Source: Candidatus Eiseniibacteriota bacterium (GTDB lineage: Bacteria > Eisenbacteria > RBG-16-71-46). From it: a stretch of DNA of 64,000 nt. The stretch spans positions 32,001 through 96,000 of the forward strand of contig JBGAML010000004.1 of the NCBI GenBank assembly GCA_044223005.1, in the 5' to 3' direction. Of this stretch, positions 38,974 through 50,293 are shown piece by piece (positions within the stretch are counted from its first letter, which is position 1; the number at the start of each line of letters is the position of its first letter). Below the pieces are notes generated by a model. The model was given only the letters and a program-made list of their open reading frames with translations, ran no database searches and was not told the DNA's origin. A program made the position numbers and the translations under genes.

Positions 38974-39888
38974 ATGGCGGCACTCAACTACCACCACCTG
39001 CGCTACTTCTGGATGGTCGCGCGCGAGGGCTCGCTGCGGCGCGCCGCGGAGCGGCTGCACGTGTCGCAGCCGACGATCTCGGCGCAGGTGCACGCGCTCG
39101 AGGACGCACTCGGCGAGCCGCTCCTGAAGCGCGCGGGCCGTGGCCTCGCGCTGACCGATGCCGGACGTCAGGCGTTCGACTACGCCGAGGAGATCTTCGG
39201 CCTGGGCGACGAACTCCAGCGCGCGATCGGGGCGGGCCACGGTGCGCGCGCCCTGCGGCTGCACGTGGGCGTCACCGATTCGTTGCCGAAGCTCGTCAGC
39301 CACGCCATCCTGCGCCCGGCATTCCATCTCGAGCAGCCCGTGCAGGTGTCGTGCGTGGAAGCGCGCGCCGAGGAACTGCTCGTGCAGCTGGCGGCGCTGC
39401 GGCTCGACCTCGTGCTCGCGGACGAACCCGCGCCCAGCGCCACGCACGTGCGCGCGTTCCACCACCGCCTCGGCGAGAGCGAAGTCGTGTTCTGTGCCGC
39501 GCCGCTCGTCGCGACGGCGCTGCGCGGCCGCTTCCCGGGGCGGCTCGACGGCGCGCCGATGCTGCTCCCGACGCCGGGCAACGCGCTGCGCCGCTCGCTC
39601 GAGCAGTGGTTCGACCGGCACGCGGTGCGGCCGCGGCTCGTGGCCGAGTACGACGACGTCGCGCTCATGAAGATGGCGGCGTCCGACGGCGCAGGCGTGC
39701 TGCCGCTGCCGGCGGTGATCGAGCGCGAGGCGCGCGAGCGCTACGGACTGGTGCGCGTGGGGCGGGCGGAGGGCTGCCGCCAGGAGTTCTTCGCCATCAG
39801 CGCCGAGCGGCGCCTCACGCATCCCGGTGTCGTCGCGATCACCGCCGCGGCGCGCCGGTCGCTCTTCGCGCGCCCGCGGCGGGGGTGA
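38974..39888 (+). CDS. nhaR: LysR-family transcriptional regulator, NhaR-like
   Basis: LNYHHLRYFW.VAREGS, VSQPTIS.Q, VGVTDSLPK and ERRLTHP motifs. Confidence 0.88.
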   Translation: MAALNYHHLRYFWMVAREGSLRRAAERLHVSQPTISAQVHALEDALGEPLLKRAGRGLALTDAGRQAFDYAEEIFGLGDELQRAIGAGHGARALRLHVGVTDSLPKLVSHAILRPAFHLEQPVQVSCVEARAEELLVQLAALRLDLVLADEPAPSATHVRAFHHRLGESEVVFCAAPLVATALRGRFPGRLDGAPMLLPTPGNALRRSLEQWFDRHAVRPRLVAEYDDVALMKMAASDGAGVLPLPAVIEREARERYGLVRVGRAEGCRQEFFAISAERRLTHPGVVAITAAARRSLFARPRRG

Positions 39889-39895
39889 CGCCGCT

Positions 39896-41140
39896 TCAGC
39901 GGCCGGCGGCTCCCGGGTGGTCGAGCCACCAGATCATCTCGAGCAGCGGCACCGGGTAGGTGATCGCGCAGCGCCAGCCGCGGAAACGTGTCCTGGCGTG
40001 GCCCGCGCGCTCGAGCACGTGGCGGATCGCGGCGGGCTGGTCCGCAACGCCGGGTACCGAGTACGCGCGCGTGCCCGAGGGCAGCTGTTCGATCGTCGCG
40101 GCGAGGTCGACCTGCGTGAAGTGGCGCGCGCCCTCGTCGCGCGGCGGGTGCGTCGCGACGCGCGGCCCCGGCAGCACGAACGACACCCGCGGCGACGCGT
40201 CCGCGTAGAGCGATTCGGCGAGGAAGACGTCGCGGACGACCTGCTGGCTCGGCACGTGCAGCACGTAGCCGCGAATGCTCTGCATGCCCGGGCCGGGTTC
40301 GCGCGCCCACGCGTTGCGGATCCGGAACGCCGACGTGATCTCGGACGGCATGCGCAGCGCCGGATCTCCCGGCAGTACCAGCGTCGTCACGTTGCTGTCG
40401 TGCACAACCTCCAGGCCCGTGAGCGGCCGGCTGCTGAACTCGGGCAGCAGGTAGCCGAGGGAAGGGTCGCCCGGGCGCGGCGTGTCCACCGGTTCGAAGC
40501 GAACCGTGTCGGCTTCCGGTACGTCCTCGGGCGGGGCCGAGAAGCTGAGCAGCGCGAGTGGGGCACTCGGACGCATGCGCTGCAGCCGGAGCCGCCGGTG
40601 CACTTCGATGCCGTCGACCGTGCGACCGTTGTCCGATGGAACGAGGAAGAGCGCGGTCGAGAGCACGTCGCAGAAGTGTCCCAGCAGGAACGACATCGCC
40701 TTGAACGATGCCTGCTTGGCGATGTGTTCGCGCTTCTGCCGCACGCTGCTCGAGGATTCCGAGATCGCGGCATCGATCGCCGCGCGGCCGCCGGGCGTCT
40801 CGTCGACCAGAATCGCGAACGCCTCGGCCGCGCGCAGCAGGTCCGCGATGGCCTCGGGCGCCACGACCACGCCAGCCAGGTCGGCGAGGATGCGCAGGCC
40901 GGCGGGCGAGGGGACGAGGTGCATGAGATCGGTGTCGGTCGGCGCCTGGATCGCGCGCACGAGCCGGCTCGCGAGGCTCTTGTCGAGGCCGATCGCGCGC
41001 GAGAGCCGCGTCGGGCTCGGACGGGCACCGGCCAGCGTGGTGACGACGGGCGTCAGCGCCCGCCGGAGCTCGGCTCCGACCCGCGCGATCGCCACCAGTG
41101 GACTGCCGTAGGACGGCTCAGTCTCGAGCGTCGGGTGCAA
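39896..41140 (-). CDS. Hypothetical protein with N-terminal HTH-like segment
   Basis: Long ORF; PTRLSRAIGLDKSLASRL is HTH-like. TTG start chosen after AGGAGA (frame is open to 41464). Confidence 0.65.
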   Translation of the reverse strand: MHPTLETEPSYGSPLVAIARVGAELRRALTPVVTTLAGARPSPTRLSRAIGLDKSLASRLVRAIQAPTDTDLMHLVPSPAGLRILADLAGVVVAPEAIADLLRAAEAFAILVDETPGGRAAIDAAISESSSSVRQKREHIAKQASFKAMSFLLGHFCDVLSTALFLVPSDNGRTVDGIEVHRRLRLQRMRPSAPLALLSFSAPPEDVPEADTVRFEPVDTPRPGDPSLGYLLPEFSSRPLTGLEVVHDSNVTTLVLPGDPALRMPSEITSAFRIRNAWAREPGPGMQSIRGYVLHVPSQQVVRDVFLAESLYADASPRVSFVLPGPRVATHPPRDEGARHFTQVDLAATIEQLPSGTRAYSVPGVADQPAAIRHVLERAGHARTRFRGWRCAITYPVPLLEMIWWLDHPGAAGR

Positions 41141-41425
41141 GTCGAGGAATCTCCTGGCGCAGTGGGCCGGCAGGGTGTCCCGACGAGAATACCGGATCGC
41201 GTCTCGTTGGCCCATGCCCGAGTCCGGTGTGGGGCACCGAACCGGTTTGTTGCGAGCGACTTGGCCGCGGGCGTCGCGATTGGCCATCGGCGGCCCGGCG
41301 CGAGGCGACGAACGGGTGGAGCGGCCGCTCCGCACGCGTCCGGGAACACGGCATCGCCACCCCGGCGGCGCCACTCGCGAGCGCCGGCGCAACCCGATGG
41401 CGCCCGAGATCTTGAGCGCTGCGGA

Positions 41426-41454
41426 TTGACCAACTTTCGCGGAATCTTTATCTT
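41426..41454 (+). promoter_or_regulatory. Sigma70-type promoter of the merR-suf operon
   Basis: TTGACC-N17-TATCTT. Confidence 0.7.
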
Positions 41455-41462
41455 GCGTCCGC

Positions 41463-41484
41463 ACTCTAACGTTTACGTAAGGGT
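41463..41484. promoter_or_regulatory. Palindromic operator immediately before the MerR start codon
   Basis: ACTCTAACGT-TT-ACGTAAGGGT; 8 of 10 arm positions pair. Confidence 0.65.
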
Positions 41485-42063
41485 ATGAGCGCGACCTCCA
41501 ACCTGACTCCCATGGGCGCCGGCGACGGCGCCTCCCAACTGCTCCGCGTCGGAGACCTGGCGCGCGCCACGGGCAAGACCGTGCGCGCGATCCACCTCTA
41601 CGAGGAGCTCGGGCTGCTCGCCCCGGTGACCCGCTCGAGCGGCGGCTTCCGCCTCTACGACGCCTCGGCGGTCGACCGCGTGCGCTGGATCGATTCGCTG
41701 CATTCGCTCGGCTTCTCGCTGCAGGAGATGCGCGAGGTGCTGCAGAACTGGTGGAGCGCCGACCAGGGCCCCGAAGCGATGGCCAGCCTGCGCGAGCTGT
41801 TCACTCGCAAGCTCGCCGAGACGCGCGAGGCCGTGCGCCGGCACCAGCAGCTGGAGCAGGAGCTGGAAGAGGGCCTGCGCTACCTCGAGACGTGTGAGAC
41901 CTGCGCGGCGCCGGGACCGGCGCGCGCATGCGTGCATTGCCAGCAGGACCACGGAGTTTCGGACCCGCCGTCGCTGGTGGCGGGCATCAAGTCGGCGCCG
42001 GAGACCGGGCGCCGCGGCGGGCGCGCGCCGTTCGTTCGCGTCGAGGACCCCGATCGCACCTGA
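41485..42063 (+). CDS. MerR-family regulator with C-terminal CxxC-x8-CxxC
   Basis: VGDLARATGKTVRAIHLYEELGLL..RSSGGFRLY HTH, a coiled coil, then CETC...CVHC. Confidence 0.92.
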   Translation: MSATSNLTPMGAGDGASQLLRVGDLARATGKTVRAIHLYEELGLLAPVTRSSGGFRLYDASAVDRVRWIDSLHSLGFSLQEMREVLQNWWSADQGPEAMASLRELFTRKLAETREAVRRHQQLEQELEEGLRYLETCETCAAPGPARACVHCQQDHGVSDPPSLVAGIKSAPETGRRGGRAPFVRVEDPDRT

Positions 42064-42131
42064 AGACGACCCCGGCGCGGGCACGGTCGGCCCCGCTCGC
42101 GCCTCGCAGGATTGGAAAGGAGCAACGGAAC

Positions 42132-42455
42132 ATGATCACCCTGACCCCCATCGCGTCGGAGAAGGTCAAGGCGCTGCTCGAACAGCGCGGCACTCCCGAG
42201 ATCGGCCTGCGCATCGGCGTGCGCGGCGGCGGCTGCTCGGGCAACTCGTACTACATGGAGTTCTGCGACACCGAGTCGCCCGGCGACGAGGTGCTCGACG
42301 CCAACGGCGTGCGGCTGTTCGTCGACCTCAAGAGCATGGTGCTGCTCGGCGGCACGGAGATCGACTACGTCGAGGGCCTGATGGGCGCCGGATTCAAGTT
42401 CAACAACCCGAACGTGAAGCACAGCTGCGCCTGCGGCGAGAGCTTCTCGGCCTGA
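42132..42455 (+). CDS. sufA: A-type Fe-S carrier (IscA/SufA/HesB)
   Basis: GGGCSG and NPN...CACGESF motifs; AAGGAG RBS. Confidence 0.93.
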   Translation: MITLTPIASEKVKALLEQRGTPEIGLRIGVRGGGCSGNSYYMEFCDTESPGDEVLDANGVRLFVDLKSMVLLGGTEIDYVEGLMGAGFKFNNPNVKHSCACGESFSA

Positions 42456-42539
42456 TCTTCACGCGCCGACGCCCCGCGCGAACCGCGGCGCCGGCGCCCA
42501 ACACGGCCCCCAACCGGACGGCCGAGGGAACGAGACGAC

Positions 42540-43330
42540 ATGAGCCAGACGCCTGAACTGGTGGTGAAGGACCTGCACGTCGCCGTCGAGGGCAAGGAGA
42601 TCCTGAAGGGTCTCTCGCTCGAGGTCGGCAAGGGCGAGATCCACGCCCTCATGGGACCGAACGGCTCGGGCAAGAGCACGTTCGCGAACACGCTCATGGG
42701 TCATCCCAAGTACGAGGTGACCTCGGGCGACATCCTCTTCCGAGGCCAGAGCGTCCTGGAGATGGAGACCGACGAGCGTTCGCGCGCGGGTCTCTTCATG
42801 GCGTTCCAGTACCCCGTCGCGATTCCCGGCCTGACGTTCGCCAGCTTCCTGCGCGCGGCGCTCAATGCGCGCATCGCGCCCGCCGGCGGCGAGGACGGCA
42901 AGATGCCGACCCGGAAGGGCATCCCGCCGAAGGAGTTCCGCGAGCTCCTCAAGAAGACCATGGGCCTGCTCAAGATGGACGAGAAGTTCGCGACGCGCTA
43001 CCTGAACGACGGGTTCTCCGGCGGCGAGAAGAAGCGCGCCGAGATCCTCCAGCTCGCGCTGCTCAAGCCCACGATCGCGATCATGGACGAGACGGACTCC
43101 GGCCTCGACATCGACGCCCTGCGGATCGTCTCCGAGGGCGTGAACGCGGTCGCGGGCCCCGAGATGGGCGTGCTCGTGATCACGCACTACAACCGCATCC
43201 TGAACTACATCAAGCCGCACAAGGTCCACGTCATGAAGGATGGCCGCATGGTCACCAGCGGCGGACCGGAGTTGGCGCTCGAGCTCGAAGCTCGCGGCTA
43301 CGACTGGGTGCGCGAGGAAGTGGGGGCGGA

Positions 43331-43334
<4 letters not shown>
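42540..43334 (+). CDS. sufC: Fe-S assembly ATPase SufC
   Basis: [17 protein letters not shown] and [12 protein letters not shown] motifs. Confidence 0.97.
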
Positions 43335-44736
<1,402 letters not shown>

Positions 44737-44740
<4 letters not shown>

Positions 44741-46077
44741 GCGCGACGAACCTCGACACGCAGTACTCGACCACGGTCGCGGGCTGGCTCGCGACCGCGG
44801 AGACGCGCGCGCAGGAAGCCGCGGAACCGGCGTGGGCGCTGGAGCGCCGCCGCCGCGCGGCGCAGACGGCCGCGTCGCTGGCGTTCCCGGGCCGCGAACA
44901 GGAGCTGTGGCGGCGCACCGATTTCGGCGGGCTCGTGCTGGAGGGCCTCGATCCCTTCCGTACGCCGGCCAAGGCGCGCAACCTCGACGACCTCCCGGCG
45001 CCGGTGATCGCGCGCCTCGCGGGCGAGGCCGGTCCGGTGGCCGTGATCGCGCAGCGCGACGGCGCCGTGGTGCTGGAACAGACGCATCCCACGCTCGAGA
45101 AGCAGGGCGTGATCGTGTGCTCGATGGAGCGCGCGATCCGCGAGCACGCCGACAAGGTGCAGGCGCTGTTCGGTTCGCTGATCGCGACCGACTACGACCG
45201 CTGGACCGCGATCGGCGAGGCGCTGCACGCCGGCGGCGCGTTCGTGTGGGTGCCGAAGGGCGTGCAGGCCGAAGTGCCCGTGCGGATCTTCCAGTGGTTC
45301 GACGGCGAAGGGCGCCTCGCGGCGCCGCGCAGCGTCGTCTCGGTGGGGGAGGGCGCCTCGATCACCGTGACCGAGGAACTGATCTCCGAGAGCGGCGAGT
45401 CGCCCTCGCTGCAGCTCGGCGGCACCGAGGTGTTCGTCGGCCGCGGCGCCAAGCTGACGTTCGCGAGCCTGCAGGACTGGGGTCGCAACGTGTACCACTA
45501 CGCCAACGGCCGTGCGCGGCTCGAGGCCGACGCGGAGCTGCACTGGATCCAGGTGCTGCTCGGCGGCCGCATGACCAAGGCGAACGTCTGGTACAACCTC
45601 GACGGTCAGGGCGCGCAGGCCTTCGTGCACGGGTTCATGTTCGGCGACCAGCGCCAGCACTTCCACCTGCACACGCTGCAGCGCCACCTCAAGCCCCACT
45701 GCACGAGCGACCTGCTCATCAAGGGCTGCCTCAAGGACCGCGCCCGAAGCGTCTACCAGGGCCTGATCCAGGTGGCCGAAGGCGCGCAGCGCACCGACGC
45801 CTACCAGGCCAACCGCAACCTCCTGCTCTCCGAGCAGGCGCGCGCGGACAGCATCCCGGGCCTCGAGATCCTCGCCAACGACGTCCGCTGCACGCACGGC
45901 GCGACGCTCGGGCACGTGGACGCCGAGCAGCTCTACTACCTCAAGACGCGCGGCCTGGCCGAGCTCGAGGCGAAGCGCCTGATCGTCGAGGCCTTCTTCG
46001 AGCCGGTGCTCGAGCGCATTCCGCTCGCGAACGTGCGCGAGCAGCTGCGCGACGAGATCGCGCGGAAGATCGGCTGA
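44737..46077 (+). CDS. sufD: Fe-S assembly protein SufD
   Basis: [23 protein letters not shown] and YLKTRG motifs. Confidence 0.95.
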
Positions 46078-46081
46078 TCCC

Positions 46082-47368
46082 ATGAGCGAAACGCGCGACG
46101 CCGGTGCCGCCGGGGCGGGAACGCTACCCGCCCCGCCGGCCGACGCGTTCGATCCGCACATCGTGCGCGTGGATTTCCCGATCTTCGCCACGCCGCGCGA
46201 GAAGCCGCTCGCGTACCTCGACAGCGCCGCCACGTCGCAGAAGCCGCAGGTGGTGCTGGACGCGATGGACCGCTACTACAAGACGTGCAACTCGAACATC
46301 CACCGCGGCGTCTACCGGATCGCGGAGGAAGCCACGGCGCTGTACGAGGACGCCCGCCGCCGCGTGGCTTCGTTCCTCAACGCCGCGAGCCCGCGCGAGA
46401 TCGTCTTCACGCGCAACAGCACCGAGGCGATCAACCTCGTGGCGCACGCGTGGGGGCGCGCGAACCTCCGCGACGGCGACGCGATCGTGCTCACGCCGAT
46501 GGAGCACCACTCGAACCTCGTGCCGTGGCACCTGCTCGCGGCCGAGCGGAAGGTGGAGCTGCGGTTCATTCCGCTCACCGCGAGCGGCGAGCTGGCGGTC
46601 GAGGCGCTCCCCGGGCTGCTGGCCGACGGGCGGGTGAAGCTCGTGTCGTTCGTGCACGTCTCCAACGTGCTCGGCACGGTGAACCCGGCCGCGGAGATCG
46701 CGAGGATCGCGAAGGCCCACGGCGCCACCGTGCTCGTGGACGCATCGCAGAGCGCGGCGCACATGGCGATCGACGTGCGCGCCCTGGGCGCCGACTTCGT
46801 CGCGTGCACCGCGCACAAGATGCTCGGGCCCACCGGCATCGGCATGCTCTGGGGCCGGCGCGAGATCCTCGAAGCCATGCCGCCGTTCCTGGGCGGCGGC
46901 GAGATGATCCGCGAGGTGACGCTCACGGGCTCCAAGTGGAACGAGCTGCCGTGGAAGTTCGAGGCCGGCACGATGCCGATCGCGGAGGCCGTGGGCCTGG
47001 GCGCGGCGATCGCCTACCTGCAGCACCTCGGCATGGACCACGTGCTCGCGCACGATCGCGCGCTCTCCGCGTATGCCATGGAGCGCCTCGCGGAGATCGA
47101 GGGCCTGCGCGTGCTGGGGCCGCCGGCGGACCGCCGCGGCGGCGTGGTCGCGTTCACGCTCGAGGGCGTGCATCCGCACGACGTGGCCACGGTGCTCGAC
47201 GCCGAGGGCGTATGCGTGCGCGCGGGACACCACTGTGCGATGCCGCTCCACGACGCGCTCGGGATTCCCGCGTCGGCGCGCGCATCGTTCCACTGCTACT
47301 CCGTGCCCGAGGAAGTGGACGCGCTCGTCCACGGCCTGCAACGCGCGCGGAAGCTGTTCGCTCGCTAG
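46082..47368 (+). CDS. sufS: Cysteine desulfurase SufS
   Basis: YLDSAATSQKP, EHHSN, HKMLGPTG and RAGHHCA motifs. Confidence 0.96.
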   Translation: MSETRDAGAAGAGTLPAPPADAFDPHIVRVDFPIFATPREKPLAYLDSAATSQKPQVVLDAMDRYYKTCNSNIHRGVYRIAEEATALYEDARRRVASFLNAASPREIVFTRNSTEAINLVAHAWGRANLRDGDAIVLTPMEHHSNLVPWHLLAAERKVELRFIPLTASGELAVEALPGLLADGRVKLVSFVHVSNVLGTVNPAAEIARIAKAHGATVLVDASQSAAHMAIDVRALGADFVACTAHKMLGPTGIGMLWGRREILEAMPPFLGGGEMIREVTLTGSKWNELPWKFEAGTMPIAEAVGLGAAIAYLQHLGMDHVLAHDRALSAYAMERLAEIEGLRVLGPPADRRGGVVAFTLEGVHPHDVATVLDAEGVCVRAGHHCAMPLHDALGIPASARASFHCYSVPEEVDALVHGLQRARKLFAR

Positions 47369-47377
47369 GATCGGGAC

Positions 47378-47779
47378 ATGGACGAGCTCTTCCGCGAGAA
47401 CATCCTCGAGCACCACAAGCATCCGCGCTGCCACGGCTCGCTCGAGAACCCGGACACCACGTTCGAGGACGCCAACCCGCTCTGCGGCGATCGCATCCGG
47501 ATGGAGTTCAAGATCCAGGACGGCGTGCTGCAGAAGGTGCGCTTCAACGGCCAGGGCTGCTCGATCAGCCAGGCCGCGGCGTCCATGCTCTGCGAGCACG
47601 TCGAAGGGAAGACGCTCGACGAGATCAAGCAGCTCGGCCGCCAGGACGTGATGGACATGCTGGGCATCGAGCTCGGGCCCGTGCGCCTCAAGTGCGCGCT
47701 GCTCGCGCTCAAGACCCTGAAGGCCGGCATCTACGGCGTGAACCAGTGGCCGGGTGAAGAGGAGGACGGCGCGCTGTGA
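47378..47779 (+). CDS. sufU: U-type Fe-S scaffold/sulfur acceptor (SufU/IscU)
   Basis: NPLCGD, GCSISQA and RLKCA motifs. Confidence 0.9.
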   Translation: MDELFRENILEHHKHPRCHGSLENPDTTFEDANPLCGDRIRMEFKIQDGVLQKVRFNGQGCSISQAAASMLCEHVEGKTLDEIKQLGRQDVMDMLGIELGPVRLKCALLALKTLKAGIYGVNQWPGEEEDGAL

Positions 47780-48096
47780 GCACCGCGAGCGACTACGTGA
47801 CGGTGGCGCGCACGGACGAGATTCCCGTCGGCGGCCGCAAGGTGATCCGCATCGGCGACGTGCCGGTCGCGGTCTTCCACCTGGAGGACGGCTGGTACGC
47901 GATCGAGGACGTCTGCACGCACGATGGCGGACCGGTCGCCGAGGGCGATCTCTGCGGCCACGAGATCGAGTGCCCGCGCCACGGGGCGCGGTTCGACGTG
48001 CGCACGGGTGCTCCGCGGCGGTTCCCCGCCACGAGCCCCGTGCCGACCTACGCCGTGCGGCTGCACGGCGACGAGATCCAGGTGGAGCGCCCATGA
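47776..48096 (+). CDS. Rieske-type ferredoxin
   Basis: CTH...ECPRHG motif. Confidence 0.93.
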   Translation: MSTASDYVTVARTDEIPVGGRKVIRIGDVPVAVFHLEDGWYAIEDVCTHDGGPVAEGDLCGHEIECPRHGARFDVRTGAPRRFPATSPVPTYAVRLHGDEIQVERP

Positions 48097-48533
48097 GCGA
48101 CGAGACGAAGGACGCCGTGAATCCCCACACCGGCCAGCCGTACCCGGCCGATCCCGCGAACCCCTCGCAGCCCGGCGCGCCCGCGGCCGACGTGCCGCCG
48201 GCCGCCAAGCCCGCGGGCCCGCCGCAGTGGAGCAGCATGCCGTCGCAGCAGGAGATGGCGGTACGCGCCGCGCTCGAGACGGTGATGGATCCCGAGATCC
48301 AGCTCTCCGTGATCGACCTCGGGCTGATCCGCGAGATCCACTTCCTCGCCGACCGCACGCTCGTGCGCATGATGCTCACGACGCCGTTCTGCCCGTACGC
48401 GCCGCAGATGATGGCCGACGTGAAGGCGGCGACCGAGAGCGCCGTCACCAAGCCGTGCGAGGTCGAGATGCTCCCCGACCCGTGGGGTCCCGAGATGATG
48501 CCGGACCCGGGCCTGCTCGGTTTCTCGTTCTAG
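48093..48533 (+). CDS. sufT: DUF59/SufT (PaaD-like) Fe-S assembly factor
   Basis: DPEI..SVIDLGLI and LTTPFCP motifs; Pro-rich N-terminal extension. Confidence 0.88.
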   Translation: MSDETKDAVNPHTGQPYPADPANPSQPGAPAADVPPAAKPAGPPQWSSMPSQQEMAVRAALETVMDPEIQLSVIDLGLIREIHFLADRTLVRMMLTTPFCPYAPQMMADVKAATESAVTKPCEVEMLPDPWGPEMMPDPGLLGFSF

Positions 48534-48737
48534 CGCCGAGCGCAGCGCAGCCCCATGCGCGCCCGCAGCGGAACCATCCGCCGCGGGCGCGATGCGTTTC
48601 GGGCCCACTTCGTCCGCCGGCCGGACGAATCCGGGGCTTGCGTGAGTCCATGGTGCTTGCGTCGCCGGGCGGACCGCAGGAACATCATGCATGAGCCGGG
48701 TTCGTCCCCCGAGACGCCCACAGGGAGGATCCGCATC

Positions 48738-49409
48738 ATGGTCGTACGCCATTTCGCTGTCCGTCTCGCCGGCATCGTCCTGCTCGCGCTGCTCGCGTGG
48801 CCGGACCTCGGCCGCGCCCAGTGCACCACCAACTGCCCCTTCGATGTCGAGTTCGGGCCGACGGGTACCACCCCCAGCCTGATCTGCGTCGTCGGGTTCA
48901 CTTCGACGGGCCAGATCGATCCCGCGGGCGAGTTCGTCGTGACGGTGCGCGACGTCGCCAACAACCCTGTGGAAGGCGCGACCGTCGACATCGACTTCTC
49001 GCGTTGCACCGGGCTCTCGATCTGCGGCGTCGCGGGGAGCGCGTGCGCGACCATGGACCCCGTCCATGACACGGTCCGAGACTTCACCGATGCCGCGGGC
49101 CAGGTCCGCCTTCGCGTCGCCGGCGGACTCGACCTGCCCTACGGCGCTCCGGAATCGCAGGACGGCCGGGCGCGCATCCGCGTCTGCGGGTTCCTGTTCT
49201 CCAGCCCGCCCGTCTGCGTGGCGGACATGGAAGGCCGCAACGGCGTGAACTCCGCCGACCTCGCGTTCCTGGCCACCGACATCGGCGCCCACACGTACAT
49301 CCCGCGCGCGGACTTCGACGGGAACCTGATCGTGAACGGTGCGGATCTCGCCTGGCTCGCGACGCTGCTCGGCCTGCACAGTTCGCTGAAGGGCTGCGCG
49401 AACCACTGA
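48738..49409 (+). CDS. Secreted Cys-rich protein with Ig-like region and dockerin/EF-hand-like repeats
   Basis: GGGAGG RBS, signal peptide, VTVRDVANNPVEGATV, and paired ADMEGRNGVNSADL / ADFDGNLIVNGADL. Confidence 0.75.
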   Translation: MVVRHFAVRLAGIVLLALLAWPDLGRAQCTTNCPFDVEFGPTGTTPSLICVVGFTSTGQIDPAGEFVVTVRDVANNPVEGATVDIDFSRCTGLSICGVAGSACATMDPVHDTVRDFTDAAGQVRLRVAGGLDLPYGAPESQDGRARIRVCGFLFSSPPVCVADMEGRNGVNSADLAFLATDIGAHTYIPRADFDGNLIVNGADLAWLATLLGLHSSLKGCANH

Positions 49410-49425
49410 CTCCGGAGCGAAACGG

Positions 49426-49457
49426 CGAACGGGCGCGCCTCGCGGCGCGCCCGTTCG
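49426..49457. terminator. Hairpin terminator between convergent genes
   Basis: CGAACGGGCGCGCC-TCGC-GGCGCGCCCGTTCG is a perfect 14-bp stem. Confidence 0.75.
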
Positions 49458-49479
49458 TGTCGTTCCGGAGCCGAAATCC

Positions 49480-50043
49480 CTACAGCGCCCAGCTGAGCCC
49501 CGTGTTGAACTTGATCTGGCGGTAACGGGTCACGTTGAGCAGCTTGAGCTCGAGGAAGCTGCCGAGCCGCGAGCCCATGCTGAACTCGGCGCCGCCGAGC
49601 AGGTCGAGGCCGCCCTTCACGACGCCGTTGGTCGCGTGCGGGATTCCCTGGCGCGGCGCGTCCACCTCGTCGCCGAGGAAGTGCAGCGAGTAGCCCACGC
49701 CGGCGTACGGGTCCCACCCGGTCGCGTGGAAGAGCCAGCGCGCGTCGCATCCGAGCGTCGCGTCGCGGCGGCGGGTCGTGATGCTGAACGCGTCGAGGTG
49801 GTTGGTGTTCTGCCAGTACTCGATCGTGGGCATGACCTCGATCTCGGGCCTGAGCGCCACGCTGCGCACGTGCATGCGGAACGCGAGTCCGGAGAACGAG
49901 CTCTGGCCTTCCTGGAAGACCGTGCTGGTCATGGCCTCGAGCCCGACCACCCCCGAGCGCGGGGTGTCGGCGGCGAGGGCGGTCGAGCCCGCGAGCGCGA
50001 GCATCGAGGTGAGGGCGAGCGAGAAGGCGAGCGGTGCGCGCAC
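49480..50043 (-). CDS. Small outer-membrane beta-barrel protein
   Basis: GGAGG RBS, signal peptide, PYAGVG and alternating beta strands ending GLSWAL. Confidence 0.75.
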   Translation of the reverse strand: MRAPLAFSLALTSMLALAGSTALAADTPRSGVVGLEAMTSTVFQEGQSSFSGLAFRMHVRSVALRPEIEVMPTIEYWQNTNHLDAFSITTRRRDATLGCDARWLFHATGWDPYAGVGYSLHFLGDEVDAPRQGIPHATNGVVKGGLDLLGGAEFSMGSRLGSFLELKLLNVTRYRQIKFNTGLSWAL

Positions 50044-50293
50044 GATGACGTTTCCTCCATGAAACGCGTGGGGCCGGCGGGAAGCCGGCGCGAATGTAGC
50101 CCGTACCCCGGTGGTGCCGCCAGCGTTCCCACGCAGGCGCGCTCGATTCCGCGCTTGCGGGCCCGCGCCGCCGTTGCGTAGCGTCGCGGCCCCGGCCGTC
50201 GCGCCGCGCCGGGTTCCGCCGGGGAGTGCCCCGTGACGCCACGCGGCAGTTCCCGCCGGGACCGACCCCGTCCTCCGGCCTCGCGAGGTGTCC

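Noticed and set aside
37520..39888. nhaR-hpf-terC as a novel system
   Set aside because: This gene trio is a recurrent, already recognised arrangement.
41453..41483. Classical 19-bp-spacer MerR promoter TTGCGT-N19-TAAGGG
   Set aside because: The -10 lacks the conserved final T and would end 1 nt before the ATG. TTGACC-N17-TATCTT fits better.
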